45,391 bases of DNA from a virus (IMGVR_UViG_2778261297_000007:1-45391); one strand, 5' to 3'; shown: positions 17,408-27,083, numbered from the stretch's first letter. Notes: generated by a model from the letters alone, not told the origin. Numbers and translations: made by a program.

Positions 17408-17811
17408 GCCCGCATTATCTTCATTGAAAACTGGCAACTCAGAGAATCATCCAAATTAAAAAAGCAGCAACGAGAGCGATTACTAATACATTCTTCGCTT
17501 TTTCTCTTCTGCTGGCCTTCACAAAAGGATTCACTATCCGGCAGTGGCTACACACAAGTGATTCTGGGTTAATTAACTTTCCGCAGTAGGGACAGGGCTT
17601 GATAATCATTGGTACTAATTAAGTTGTGAGAACGTAGTCTCATTTAACCACATTTATCGAGTTGTTTTACTAATGGTCTAGTTATTTCAGACATATTCAT
17701 CAATTTCAGGCTCACGGGAATCATCCGCTACGTGCTTTGTTGATAAATCCAGCCCGTGAAGCCTGACCCTTTCATCACACACAGCACCCGCTAACTATGC
17801 GAGGTGAGGCT

Positions 17812-18150
17812 ATGAAAATGAATGACAAGAACCCTGAATTCTGGGCTGCGGCTTTGACCGGACTCAAAAATGCGTGGCCCCAGATTCTGGGGGCGTCAAT
17901 GGCCGGACTCATTGCCTATGGTCGTCTGATATATGACGGTGCAACACGAAAAAATAAATGGCTTGAGGGCGTCCTTTGTGGCGCCCTTTCTTTATGCATC
18001 ACCAGCGCGCTTGATGTGGTTGGCCTTCCTGTATCGATATCACCGTTCGTCGGTGGTGTGATTGGATTCGTTGGCGTGGACAAACTGCGCGAGATCGCTA
18101 TCAGCGCACTCAGAAAAAGGGCAGGGGTGAACGATGACAATCAGCAATGA
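17812..18150 (+). CDS. S: Holin, lambda S-like with dual-start motif (MKM)
   Basis: Resembles lambda S in layout: MKM dual start, hydrophobic TM segments, C-terminal KRAGVNDDNQQ; GGTGAGG RBS. Confidence 0.7.
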   Translation: MKMNDKNPEFWAAALTGLKNAWPQILGASMAGLIAYGRLIYDGATRKNKWLEGVLCGALSLCITSALDVVGLPVSISPFVGGVIGFVGVDKLREIAISALRKRAGVNDDNQQ

Positions 18151-18622
18151 ACCGCGCTGGCTGGTGGAAGCCCGTAAATACATGGGGCAGATGGAAATTA
18201 AAGGCCCGCGACACAATCCGTTAATCCTCCAGTTCTGGAAGGACATTAAACGAGGTGGAATTAAAGATGATGAAACGCCCTGGTGTGCAGCCTATGTCGG
18301 ATCCATGCTTGAAAGAGTCGGAATTAGATCAACCCGGTTCGAGTCTGCTAAATCCTACCTGTCCTGGGGCGTCGAACTTAAGGAGCCTGCTTACGGCTGC
18401 ATTGTTGTATTCACACGAGACGGCGGCGGCCATGTCGGATTTGTGGTCGGACAGCAGCAAAATGGTGACCTGATGGTATTGGGTGGTAATCAGTCAGATG
18501 CTATCAATATTCGTGCATTCTCACGTTCCCGCGTGACGGGTTATCGTTGGCCGGTTAACGAGCCGAGGGATAGCCGCATGTTACCGTTGATGAATGGCAC
18601 CAGTTCGGTGAAAGAATCATGA
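18134..18622 (+). CDS. Putative endolysin (Cys/His peptidase-like, TIGR02594-type)
   Basis: Position between holin and Rz; conserved Cys (PWCAAYVG) and His (GGGHVGFVVG) suggestive of a CHAP/NlpC-P60-like fold. Family assignment is from memory. Confidence 0.5.
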   Translation: MTISNEPRWLVEARKYMGQMEIKGPRHNPLILQFWKDIKRGGIKDDETPWCAAYVGSMLERVGIRSTRFESAKSYLSWGVELKEPAYGCIVVFTRDGGGHVGFVVGQQQNGDLMVLGGNQSDAINIRAFSRSRVTGYRWPVNEPRDSRMLPLMNGTSSVKES

Positions 18623-19182
18623 TTGAAGCTCTACTCGCATCACTGAAAACGTCATGGCGCTGGTGGCTGGTAATTATCGCGGTGGTTATTGTCGTTGGCG
18701 CTGTCGCTATTCTCGGTGTTCTGCTGGCACACAGCCAGGCTGACCTGAGCACAGCGCAAAGCGATAAGCGAGTTCTGGAGCATGATAACGCGCTACAGGG
18801 ACGGGTTATCGCGGTGCAGGCTTTCAACTTCAACCGCTTCAATCAGGTGGCTGAGAATGCCAGCCGCCTTAATTCGTTGATCGATGCAGGTACCGAAAAG
18901 ACTGTCATCGAATACCGGGAGATTCTTCGACGTGAAAAAACTTGTGACCTGCCTGTTCCTGCTGATGTCGCTGGTGGGTTGCTCGACTACGCGAACCGTT
19001 TACGTACCGGGGCAATGCACACCGATTCCGGGAGCGCTGACGCAGCCAGTGATAACGCCACTACCGCCAGCACCCTGACATATTGCCAGGCTGTTCTATG
19101 GATTAAGCCGTTGCTGGCTGCTATTGAAAAAGCGAATAACCAACTGGCAGGAATACGCCGGATCGAACAGGAACGGCAATAG
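18619..19182 (+). CDS. Rz: Rz-like i-spanin
   Basis: N-terminal TM helix (WRWWLVIIAVVIVVGAVAILGVLLA), coiled-coil-like body, immediately after endolysin. Confidence 0.6.
   Translation: MIEALLASLKTSWRWWLVIIAVVIVVGAVAILGVLLAHSQADLSTAQSDKRVLEHDNALQGRVIAVQAFNFNRFNQVAENASRLNSLIDAGTEKTVIEYREILRREKTCDLPVPADVAGGLLDYANRLRTGAMHTDSGSADAASDNATTASTLTYCQAVLWIKPLLAAIEKANNQLAGIRRIEQERQ
18932..19078 (+). CDS. Rz1: Rz1-like o-spanin lipoprotein embedded in Rz (+1 frame)
   Basis: GTG start preceded by GGGAG; lipobox LVGC and Pro-rich C-terminus (VITPLPPAP) fully inside Rz. Confidence 0.5.
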   Translation: MKKLVTCLFLLMSLVGCSTTRTVYVPGQCTPIPGALTQPVITPLPPAP

Positions 19183-19308
19183 CATTACAGCAGGCATTCA
19201 CTGAGTGCCTGCGACAAAGCTAAATGGCATCAAGCATGCGATGATGATTGATTAATAATTGAACTATGCATGGTATAATAAGCCCCATTCATTGAAAGGT
19301 TAACCACC

Positions 19309-19473
19309 ATGTCATTTTTCGATTATGCAATGCAGCGTGTTGGGCTTGTAGCCAATATGACTGTCACGTGTCCGATATGTGGACATAAATCCACACACTC
19401 GACCACGAAAGTACGCCAGCAACAGGCGTTACTTTGCCCTAAATGTAAATCGCTGTTTGTCATTCACAGGTAG
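19309..19473 (+). CDS. Small zinc-ribbon protein (54 aa)
   Basis: Two CxxC pairs (CPICGH...CPKCKS); followed by a hairpin and T-run at 19493-19522; below ORF-track cutoff, found by manual translation. Confidence 0.35.
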   Translation: MSFFDYAMQRVGLVANMTVTCPICGHKSTHSTTKVRQQQALLCPKCKSLFVIHR

Positions 19474-19560
19474 TGGGTCGCGATACAAATAACCCCAGGC
19501 CTCGCAATAGCGGGGCTTTTTTATGCGTATCACACATCCACATGTAAAAGGAAAAATACC

Positions 19561-20235
19561 ATGAGTAACAAAATCATTACGCTATCTGGCGCTGCTAATG
19601 AAGTGCTTTATGCGCTGTTTTTCCGTGGCGCGTTGCTGTCTGGTGATCTGCCTTCTAAATCTGGCACAGCCGAATTGCGCGAGCTTGGTTTTGCTGAAAC
19701 CAGACACACAGCAACCGAATACCAGAAAGAAAATCACTTTACCTTTCTGACGTCAGAAGGTCAGAAATTTGCCGTTGAACATCTGGTCAATACGCATTTT
19801 GGTAAGCAGCAATATTGCACTTCGATGACGCTTGGCGTTGAGATTGATACCTCACCATTTGTTGTGAAGAACGGTGAGGTATTCATCAAGGAAGCCAATA
19901 TCGCTGGTGGTTCTATCCGCGCTGCCGAATTAGAAAAGCCTCAGCCGGTGACCAATATCTACAACATCAATTTTGGTGCTCGCAGTGATGAACCGGCACA
20001 GAACCAGGTAACCATCAGCGCCGACAAATTCGAAGTTAACTCTGGCGTCGATACCAATCTCGAAGCGGTGCTTGGTAACTCGCTGAAAAATGCTGCTGAA
20101 TGTGCGGCGCTGGATGTCGCAAAGCAAATGGCAGCAGACAAGAAAGCAATGGATGAATTAACTTCCCATGTCCGCAAGGCCATTATGATGGAATGTTTCC
20201 CCGGTGGCGTTATCTGGCAGCAGTGCCGTCGATAG
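19561..20235 (+). CDS. Hypothetical protein (224 aa)
   Basis: ORF between lysis and packaging modules; no domain recognised. Confidence 0.45.
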   Translation: MSNKIITLSGAANEVLYALFFRGALLSGDLPSKSGTAELRELGFAETRHTATEYQKENHFTFLTSEGQKFAVEHLVNTHFGKQQYCTSMTLGVEIDTSPFVVKNGEVFIKEANIAGGSIRAAELEKPQPVTNIYNINFGARSDEPAQNQVTISADKFEVNSGVDTNLEAVLGNSLKNAAECAALDVAKQMAADKKAMDELTSHVRKAIMMECFPGGVIWQQCRR

Positions 20236-20249
20236 CCTGTGGAGGTCAT

Positions 20250-20483
20250 ATGCGTCTCACTGTATTAGATGACGATCCCGGCAGGAAGATTAATCTCGGT
20301 GTAGAGCGATACGCTGTTTTTCTCGATGGTATTGAAGTTAAACATGTCTTCACTGCTGACGATGAGAAGGGCGAAGTAATCGCTGCTGTTCTCGATGAGC
20401 GTGGTTATATGACGACAGATAACGGTGAAGTGAAGCGGCATACGCTTTACGGTTCCGTGAGGATTGAACCATGCCAGCGTTAA
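20250..20483 (+). CDS. Hypothetical protein (77 aa)
   Basis: Short ORF immediately upstream of and overlapping the HNH endonuclease gene. Confidence 0.4.
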   Translation: MRLTVLDDDPGRKINLGVERYAVFLDGIEVKHVFTADDEKGEVIAAVLDERGYMTTDNGEVKRHTLYGSVRIEPCQR

Positions 20484-20821
20484 TCCCTCGCGCATGTCGC
20501 AAGAGAGGTTGTCCCGGTACGACAACGGATCGCTCTGGCTACTGTCAGCAGCATCGCAATGAGGGCTGGCAGCAGCATCAGCAGGGTAAGAGTCGCCATG
20601 AACGTGGCTACGGCGGCAAGTGGGATATCAAGCGCGCCCGCATCCTGAAGCGTGATAATCATCTGTGTCAGAACTGCCTGCGTAGTGGACGTGCTGTCGC
20701 GGCCACAACCGTTGACCATATCAAGGCTAAGGCACATGGGGGTACCGATGATGATTCGAACCTTGAAAGCCTCTGCTGGCCCTGCCACCGCTCGAAAACA
20801 GGTCGCGAGCGCTTTAAATGA
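20471..20821 (+). CDS. HNH endonuclease (packaging-associated)
   Basis: Zinc-binding CxxC pairs and HNH core (DHIKAKAHGGTDDDSNLESLCWPCHRSKT); sits just upstream of terminase small subunit. Confidence 0.75.
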   Translation: MPALIPRACRKRGCPGTTTDRSGYCQQHRNEGWQQHQQGKSRHERGYGGKWDIKRARILKRDNHLCQNCLRSGRAVAATTVDHIKAKAHGGTDDDSNLESLCWPCHRSKTGRERFK

Positions 20822-20977
20822 TAGTAATTATCATCAACAGGCGTAGAGGGGAGGGGGAGGTCAAATCCCTGTAGCCGAGAGCCCAAAGGACCGCCGCCTA
20901 GCCTTTCTTCACATCGCCGCAGGTTAGAAAACTTTTTTTGGGGTTCCCCAGCCGATGATTAATAGGAGTTTTCGATT

Positions 20978-21451
20978 ATGTCAGGACCGCCGAAAACCCC
21001 TACCCATCTGCGTTTGGTGAGGGGTAACCCATCAAAACGACCGATCAACAATAACGAGCCGAAACCACCTAAAGGGGTCCCCCCAGTTCCCAAGCATTTC
21101 GACAAGCAGGGGAAGTACTGGTTTAAGCGGATGGCTGAAGAGTTGGACGCCATCGGCGTGATCTCCCAGCTTGACGGGCGAGCCCTTGAACTGCTTGTGG
21201 AAGCGTATACCGAATACAGACATCACTGCGACACGCTGGAGATTGAGGGGTATACGTACCGAACTGAAACGCAGACTGGTGACGTCATGATAAAGGCACA
21301 TCCGGCAGCAATTATGAAAGCCGACGCCTGGAAAAGGCTGCGAGCCATGCTTGGTGAGTTCGGAATGACGCCTGCCAGTCGATCGAAAGTAAGTACAAAA
21401 ACTCCGGGCGAAGTTGATCTTATTGCTGAATTTATGAAAGCGAGGGACTAA
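20978..21451 (+). CDS. Terminase small subunit (P27-family-like)
   Basis: 157-aa protein immediately upstream of and coupled to the large terminase. Confidence 0.7.
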   Translation: MSGPPKTPTHLRLVRGNPSKRPINNNEPKPPKGVPPVPKHFDKQGKYWFKRMAEELDAIGVISQLDGRALELLVEAYTEYRHHCDTLEIEGYTYRTETQTGDVMIKAHPAAIMKADAWKRLRAMLGEFGMTPASRSKVSTKTPGEVDLIAEFMKARD

Positions 21452-23208
21452 TGGCTAAAGTTTCCGATGGGATACGTTACGCCGAACGCGTCGTTGCCGG
21501 TGAAGTTATCACTTGTGAATTTGTCCGTCTCGCCTGCCAGCGTTTTCTTGATGATCTGAAGTACGGTGAAGAACGTGGTATCTATTTCAGCGAGCCCCGC
21601 GCACAGCACATCCTCAACTTCTATAAATTCGTGCCTCATGTTAAAGGAGCACTGGCAGGCCAGCCGATTGAGCTGATGGACTGGCATGTTTTCATTCTTA
21701 TCAACATCTTCGGTTTTGTTATCCCCCTGGTAAATGAAGAAACAGGCGAAGTTGTGTTGCGTAATGATGGCAGTGGCCGTCCTGTGATGGTCCGCAGGTT
21801 TCGCACGGCATATAACGAGGTAGCCCGTAAAAACGCCAAGTCGACATTATCCTCTGGCGTTGGTCTCTATATGGCTGGCGCCGATGGTGAGGGCGGGGCA
21901 GAGGTTTATTCCGCAGCGACAACGCGGGATCAGGCTCGCATCGTTTTTGAAGATGCGAAAAACATGGTTAAAAAAGCGAAACCCACACTGGGGCGACTGT
22001 TTGAATTCAATAAACTGGCGATCTACCAGGAGCAGACAGCATCCAAGTTTGAACCGCTTTCTTCTGATGCCAACAATCTGGATGGTCTCAATATCCATTG
22101 TGGCATCGTCGACGAACTTCATGCGCATAAAACCCGTGATGTCTGGGACGTTCTGGAGACTGCAACCGGCGCACGATTGCAGTCCCTTCTGTTTGGCATA
22201 ACGACAGCGGGTTTTAACAAAGAAGGTATTTGTTACGAGCTGCGCGATTATGCCATTAAGGTGCTGCGTGGTTATAACAGCGAAGTGGAAGGCGCGGTAA
22301 AAGACGATACCTTTTTCGCCATCATCTTCACCCTGGATAAGGATGATGATCCGTTTGATGAAACGGTCTGGCAAAAGGCTAACCCTGGGCTTGGTATCTG
22401 TAAGCGCTGGGATGATCTTCGCCGCCTGGCTAAGAAGGCCAAAGAACAGGTTTCCGCCAGGGTTAACTTTTTTACCAAACACATGAATATCTGGGTGACG
22501 GCAGAGTCAGCCTGGATGGACATGATTAAGTGGGAAAACTGTGAGTTTATAGCCCCCCGTCATGAGCTGAAAACCTACCCGATGTGGGCTGGCGTGGATC
22601 TGGCCCACAAGATTGATATTTGCGCAGCAGTAAAACTCTGGCGGGCAGACAACGGCCACGCGCATGCAGACTTTAAATTCTGGTTACCCGAAGGGCGGCT
22701 GGAAAAATGTTCCGCTCAAATGGCGCAGATGTATCGCAAATGGGCCGAGCTTGGAAAGCTGGAACTGACCGATGGTGATGTTATCGATCATGCGCAGATT
22801 AAAGCTGATTTTCTGGAATGGATTAGCGGCGAAAACCTGAAGGAAACCGGGTTTGACCCCTGGAGCGCAACGCAGTTTAGCCTGGCTCTGGCAGAAGAGG
22901 GTGTGCCGCTGGTAGAGGTTCCGCAAACGGTCAGAAACTTTTCTGAGTCAATGAAAGAAGTGGAGTCTCTGGTTTATGGTGGGCGTTTTCATCACAGCAA
23001 TCATCCGGTTATGAACTGGATGATGTCTAACGTCACCGTCAAGCCTGACAAAAACGACAATATCTTTCCGAACAAATCCACGCCAGAAGCGAAAATAGAC
23101 GGGCCTGCCGCCTTGTTTACCGCAATGAGCCGCATGCTTGTAAACGGCGGCGAACAACAGGACAGCCTCTCTGACCATCTGGAAAGTTACGGCGTCCGTT
23201 CATTATAA
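21451..23208 (+). CDS. Terminase large subunit
   Basis: 585-aa ORF with ATPase and nuclease halves; position before the portal gene. Confidence 0.85.
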   Translation: MAKVSDGIRYAERVVAGEVITCEFVRLACQRFLDDLKYGEERGIYFSEPRAQHILNFYKFVPHVKGALAGQPIELMDWHVFILINIFGFVIPLVNEETGEVVLRNDGSGRPVMVRRFRTAYNEVARKNAKSTLSSGVGLYMAGADGEGGAEVYSAATTRDQARIVFEDAKNMVKKAKPTLGRLFEFNKLAIYQEQTASKFEPLSSDANNLDGLNIHCGIVDELHAHKTRDVWDVLETATGARLQSLLFGITTAGFNKEGICYELRDYAIKVLRGYNSEVEGAVKDDTFFAIIFTLDKDDDPFDETVWQKANPGLGICKRWDDLRRLAKKAKEQVSARVNFFTKHMNIWVTAESAWMDMIKWENCEFIAPRHELKTYPMWAGVDLAHKIDICAAVKLWRADNGHAHADFKFWLPEGRLEKCSAQMAQMYRKWAELGKLELTDGDVIDHAQIKADFLEWISGENLKETGFDPWSATQFSLALAEEGVPLVEVPQTVRNFSESMKEVESLVYGGRFHHSNHPVMNWMMSNVTVKPDKNDNIFPNKSTPEAKIDGPAALFTAMSRMLVNGGEQQDSLSDHLESYGVRSL

Positions 23209-23218
23209 AGAGGCAGTT

Positions 23219-23404
23219 ATGATCCTGATGATTCTCGCCCCACTGATCGGGGTGATGGGCGCTATTTTGCTTTCGTTTGGTGTATGGATGATTTATCCGC
23301 CTGGAGGCTTAATCAGTGCGGGTATGCTTTGCCTTATCTGGTCATGGCTGGTTTCCCGCACGCTTTCGCTGGCCGGGAAAACATTGCGAGGAGGGACTGA
23401 CTGA
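23219..23404 (+). CDS. Small membrane protein
   Basis: 61-aa ORF, two hydrophobic segments; between terminase and portal. Confidence 0.3.
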   Translation: MILMILAPLIGVMGAILLSFGVWMIYPPGGLISAGMLCLIWSWLVSRTLSLAGKTLRGGTD

Positions 23405-24633
23405 TGTTTTTCCCCGGAATGTTCAAAAAAAGTGACGCCCCTGTCACTACTCCGGCAGAACTCGCTGAAGCAGTGGGAATGACTTACGACACCTATACAG
23501 GGAAAAGGGTAAGCAGCCAGAAAGCCATGCGGCTTACAGCAGTTTTCGGTTGTATCAGGGTTCTTGCTGAGTCGATGGGTATGCTGCCCTGTAACCTGTA
23601 CAAGATAACCGGAAACAGTAAACAAAAAGCGACTTCTGAAAGGCTGCATAAATTACTGACGATGAAGCCAAATGATTACATGACCCCCCAGGAGTTCTGG
23701 GAGCTGGTCATTGTCTGTCTTTGTCTTCGCGGTAATTTTTACGCCTACAAAGTTAAAGCGCTTGGCGAGGTGGTGGAGCTGCTTCCTATTGACCCCGGGT
23801 GTGTTGAACCAAAGCTTAACAGCCAGTGGCAGCCGGTTTACCAGGTAACATTCCCCGATGGTTCAACAGATGTGCTTGGGCAGGATGATATCTGGCATGT
23901 CAGAACGCTTACCTTTGACGGACTGGTGGGGCTCAACCCTATAGCCTATGCAAGAGAAGCAATATCTCTGGGAATGGCAACAGAGGAACATGGGGCTCGG
24001 TTGTTCTCAAATGGCGCGGTTACCTCCGGCGTACTCCGTACTGAACAAACTCTCACTGATGCTGCTTACGCAAGGCTGAAAAAAGATTTTGAGGATCGTC
24101 ACCTCGGGCTGAGCAACGCGCACCGACCAATGATTCTCGAAATGGGACTGGACTGGAAGTCGATGGCGCTCAATGCGGAAGACAGTCAGTTCCTTGAGAC
24201 CAGAAAATTTCAGCTGGAGGAAATATGCCGCCTGTTCCGGGTGCCGATGCACATGGTGCAGAACACTGACCGCTCTACGTTTAACAATATTGAAAACCTC
24301 GGCATGGGGTTTATCAATTATTCACTCGTTCCGTATATGACCCGCATTGAGCAGCGAATCAACATTGGGCTGGTGAAGGAATCAAAGCAGGGTGTGTACT
24401 ACGCAAAATTCAATGCCGGCGCATTGCTGCGCGGGGATATGAAGTCGCGATTTGAGGCGTATTCAACAGGCATTAACTGGGGGATTTACTCACCAAATGA
24501 CTGCCGGGAACTTGAAGAACTTAACCCACGCGCAGGCGGAGATATTTACCTTACGCCAATGAACATGACGACGAAGCCGTCAGACAGCAGCAAGAACAAA
24601 ACAACCGAGGAGCAACATAATGCCGATGACTAA
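23404..24633 (+). CDS. Portal protein (HK97 family)
   Basis: 409 aa, follows terminase and precedes prohead protease. Confidence 0.85.
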   Translation: MFFPGMFKKSDAPVTTPAELAEAVGMTYDTYTGKRVSSQKAMRLTAVFGCIRVLAESMGMLPCNLYKITGNSKQKATSERLHKLLTMKPNDYMTPQEFWELVIVCLCLRGNFYAYKVKALGEVVELLPIDPGCVEPKLNSQWQPVYQVTFPDGSTDVLGQDDIWHVRTLTFDGLVGLNPIAYAREAISLGMATEEHGARLFSNGAVTSGVLRTEQTLTDAAYARLKKDFEDRHLGLSNAHRPMILEMGLDWKSMALNAEDSQFLETRKFQLEEICRLFRVPMHMVQNTDRSTFNNIENLGMGFINYSLVPYMTRIEQRINIGLVKESKQGVYYAKFNAGALLRGDMKSRFEAYSTGINWGIYSPNDCRELEELNPRAGGDIYLTPMNMTTKPSDSSKNKTTEEQHNADD

Positions 24634-25273
24634 ACAGCGGCTGGATATTCCGCTACAGCTAAAGTCTGTCAGCGACAGCGGGGAGTTTGAAGGCTATGGC
24701 TCTGTTTTTGGCGTAAAGGACAGCTACGATGATGTTGTTGTGCCAGGCGCTTTTTCGGCCTCCCTTCAGGCATGGAAAGAAAAGAATGCTCTCCCTGCAT
24801 TACTCTGGCAGCACCGTATGGATGAACCCATCGGTATTTACACTGAGATGAAAGAAGATGAGGTTGGCCTTTATGTTAAAGGCCGGTTACTCATTGATGA
24901 CGATCCCCTTTCGAAACGCGCACACGCCCACATGAAGGCCGGTTCTTTAACCGGCCTTTCTATTGGTTACATGCTGAAAGACTGGGAGTACGACCGTGTT
25001 AAGGGCGTGTTCCTTCTCAAAGAGATCGACCTGTGGGAAGTCAGTCTCGTAACGTTTCCGTCGAACGATGAAGCGCGGGTAAGTGATGTCAAAAGCGCAT
25101 TTTCCCGCGGAGAAATCCCTTCTCAAAAAAGTATTGAACGAGTCCTGCGCGATGTTGGGCTCTCACGCACCCAGGCTAAAGCATTCATGGCCGGGGGTTA
25201 TGGCTCACTTTCACAGCGTGATGTTGATGAAGTGAGTACCGCACTGGATGCACTGAAAAACATCAAATTTTAA
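24620..25273 (+). CDS. Prohead protease (HK97 family)
   Basis: 217 aa between portal and major capsid genes; sequence resembles HK97-type proteases. Confidence 0.75.
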   Translation: MPMTKQRLDIPLQLKSVSDSGEFEGYGSVFGVKDSYDDVVVPGAFSASLQAWKEKNALPALLWQHRMDEPIGIYTEMKEDEVGLYVKGRLLIDDDPLSKRAHAHMKAGSLTGLSIGYMLKDWEYDRVKGVFLLKEIDLWEVSLVTFPSNDEARVSDVKSAFSRGEIPSQKSIERVLRDVGLSRTQAKAFMAGGYGSLSQRDVDEVSTALDALKNIKF

Positions 25274-25286
25274 TCAGGAGTTAATT

Positions 25287-26495
25287 ATGTCAGTTGACGT
25301 TAAAGACGTAGAGCAGGTCGCGCAGGAACTGCAGGCGAAGTTTGATGCGTTCAAAGAAAAGAACGATAAGCGCCTGGAAGCAGTTGAACAGGAAAAGGGC
25401 AAGCTGGCGGGGGAGGTTGAAACCTTAAACGGCAAGTTGTCTGAACTGGATGAGCTTAAATCCGCGCTGGAAGAGGAACTGAAGCAGGTTAAACGTCCAA
25501 CTGGTGGTTCTCAGAGCAAAGCCGCAAGCGAGCATAAAACCGCTTTCATTGGCTTTATGCGTAAGGGTAAAGATGACGGGCTGCGCGAACTTGAACGCAA
25601 AGCTCTGCAGGTCGGTGTGGATGAAGATGGTGGCTACGCCGTGCCGGAAGAGCTGGATCGCACGATCCTTAATCTTCTGAAAGATGAAGTGGTGATGCGC
25701 CAGGAGGCGACAACCATCACAGTCGGCGGCGCTAACTATAAAAAACTGGTTAATCTCGGCGGTACGGCTTCCGGCTGGGTTGGTGAAACTGATGCCCGCC
25801 CGGAAACCGATGCGTCTAAACTCGGTCAGATTGAGCCGTTCATGGGAGAAATTTACGGTAACCCGCAGGCGACTCAAACCATGCTGGATGATGCCTTTTT
25901 CAACGTCGAAGACTGGATCAACAGCGAACTGGCAATTGAGTTTGCAGAGCAGGAAGAAATCGCCTTTACCAGCGGTAACGGGACGAAGAAGCCGAAAGGT
26001 TTTCTGGCATACGCCTCCACGCTTGATCCGGACAAGACTCGTGCATTTGGTACTCTCCAGCACATTCTCTCTGGAGCTGCGGCAGGCGTAACGGCTGATG
26101 CGATCATCAAACTGGTATACACGCTGCGTAAAGTGCATCGTAATGGCGCTAAGTTCATGATGAACAACAACAGTCTGTTTGCTATCCGAATCCTGAAAGA
26201 TTCAGAAGGCAACTACCTGTGGCGTCCTGGTCTGGAACTGGGTCAGCCTTCCTCTCTGGCCGGGTACGGTGTGGCAGAGAACGAACAGATGCCGGATATC
26301 GCGGCTGATGCTAAAGCAATTGCATTTGGCAATTTCAAGCGTGGTTACACCATTGTTGACCGCATCGGCACCCGCATTCTTCGTGACCCCTACACCAAAA
26401 AACCATTCGTTGGTTTCTACACCACCAAACGCACCGGGGGGATGCTGGTGGATTCTCAGGCCATTAAACTGCTGCAGATCGGCACTGGCGCTTAA
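25287..26495 (+). CDS. Major capsid protein (HK97 fold) with N-terminal coiled-coil delta domain
   Basis: 402 aa; N-terminal ~100 aa is highly charged coiled coil (scaffold-like delta domain). Confidence 0.85.
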   Translation: MSVDVKDVEQVAQELQAKFDAFKEKNDKRLEAVEQEKGKLAGEVETLNGKLSELDELKSALEEELKQVKRPTGGSQSKAASEHKTAFIGFMRKGKDDGLRELERKALQVGVDEDGGYAVPEELDRTILNLLKDEVVMRQEATTITVGGANYKKLVNLGGTASGWVGETDARPETDASKLGQIEPFMGEIYGNPQATQTMLDDAFFNVEDWINSELAIEFAEQEEIAFTSGNGTKKPKGFLAYASTLDPDKTRAFGTLQHILSGAAAGVTADAIIKLVYTLRKVHRNGAKFMMNNNSLFAIRILKDSEGNYLWRPGLELGQPSSLAGYGVAENEQMPDIAADAKAIAFGNFKRGYTIVDRIGTRILRDPYTKKPFVGFYTTKRTGGMLVDSQAIKLLQIGTGA

Positions 26496-26501
26496 TTCTC
26501 T

Positions 26502-26522
26502 GGGGCTTCGGCCCCGATTTTT
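26502..26522 (+). terminator. Hairpin + T-run after the major capsid gene
   Basis: ggggc-ttcg-gcccc followed by gattttt. Confidence 0.45.
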
Positions 26523-26533
26523 CGAGGTGATTT

Positions 26534-26758
26534 ATGCCTGAATTATTGCGTGAACTTAAGTGGTCCCCAGATGGTTGTATTGTCGAATCCATTCCCGCTG
26601 GAGTGTATCCGGACGGTGAGCTACCTGCTCGCGCTGAGGAAATTGCTACCGAACTCGGTATTATCAAATTTGGTGGTGGCGGTGTTCATGTCCCTGCAGA
26701 GCCAGAGCCAGAGCCAGAGCCAGAGCCAGCGGTAACAAAACGCGGGAAAACCAAATGA
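26534..26758 (+). CDS. Hypothetical head protein with (Glu-Pro)5 repeat
   Basis: 74-aa ORF with good codon usage; PAEPEPEPEPEPA encoded by a hexanucleotide tandem repeat. Confidence 0.4.
   Translation: MPELLRELKWSPDGCIVESIPAGVYPDGELPARAEEIATELGIIKFGGGGVHVPAEPEPEPEPEPAVTKRGKTK
26697..26728 (+). repeat. Tandem hexanucleotide repeat (CAGAGC/GAGCCA) x5
   Basis: Directly visible: cagagccagagccagagccagagccagagcca. Confidence 0.9.
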
Positions 26759-27075
26759 AGCCATCCATACAAGAGCTTCGCTACCAATGCCACATCGACA
26801 GTGATGACGATGCCGAAGATGTAATGCTGGAACTGTACCTTAATGCCTCTCTGAAACATGCCGAAAAAATTGTTAATCGCCATCTTTATGATGACGCTGT
26901 TCCGGAAGATGACCCGGATGGACTGGTAATTGATGACGATGTCAAGCTGGCCCTGATGTTGCTTGTATCGCACTGGTATGAGAACAGAGAGCCAGTAAGT
27001 CACGACAGCGTCAATACTATTCCATTCGGTGTTGAGGCGATTCTCAAACAGCACCGCAAAAGACCGGGAACGTAG
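26755..27075 (+). CDS. Head-tail connector protein (gp6-like)
   Basis: 106-aa acidic protein right after the capsid module. Confidence 0.6.
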   Translation: MKPSIQELRYQCHIDSDDDAEDVMLELYLNASLKHAEKIVNRHLYDDAVPEDDPDGLVIDDDVKLALMLLVSHWYENREPVSHDSVNTIPFGVEAILKQHRKRPGT

Positions 27076-27083
27076 GAGGTATT

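Noticed and set aside
17201-17459. Overlapping + and - ORFs (78 and 83 aa) downstream of the tRNA cluster
   Set aside because: Mutually overlapping, Pro/Arg-rich, no RBS; the region contains a strong terminator and is more plausibly a non-coding leader.
25425-26138. 237-aa ORF on the - strand
   Set aside because: Antisense inside the major capsid gene; the sense frame has the clear capsid signature.
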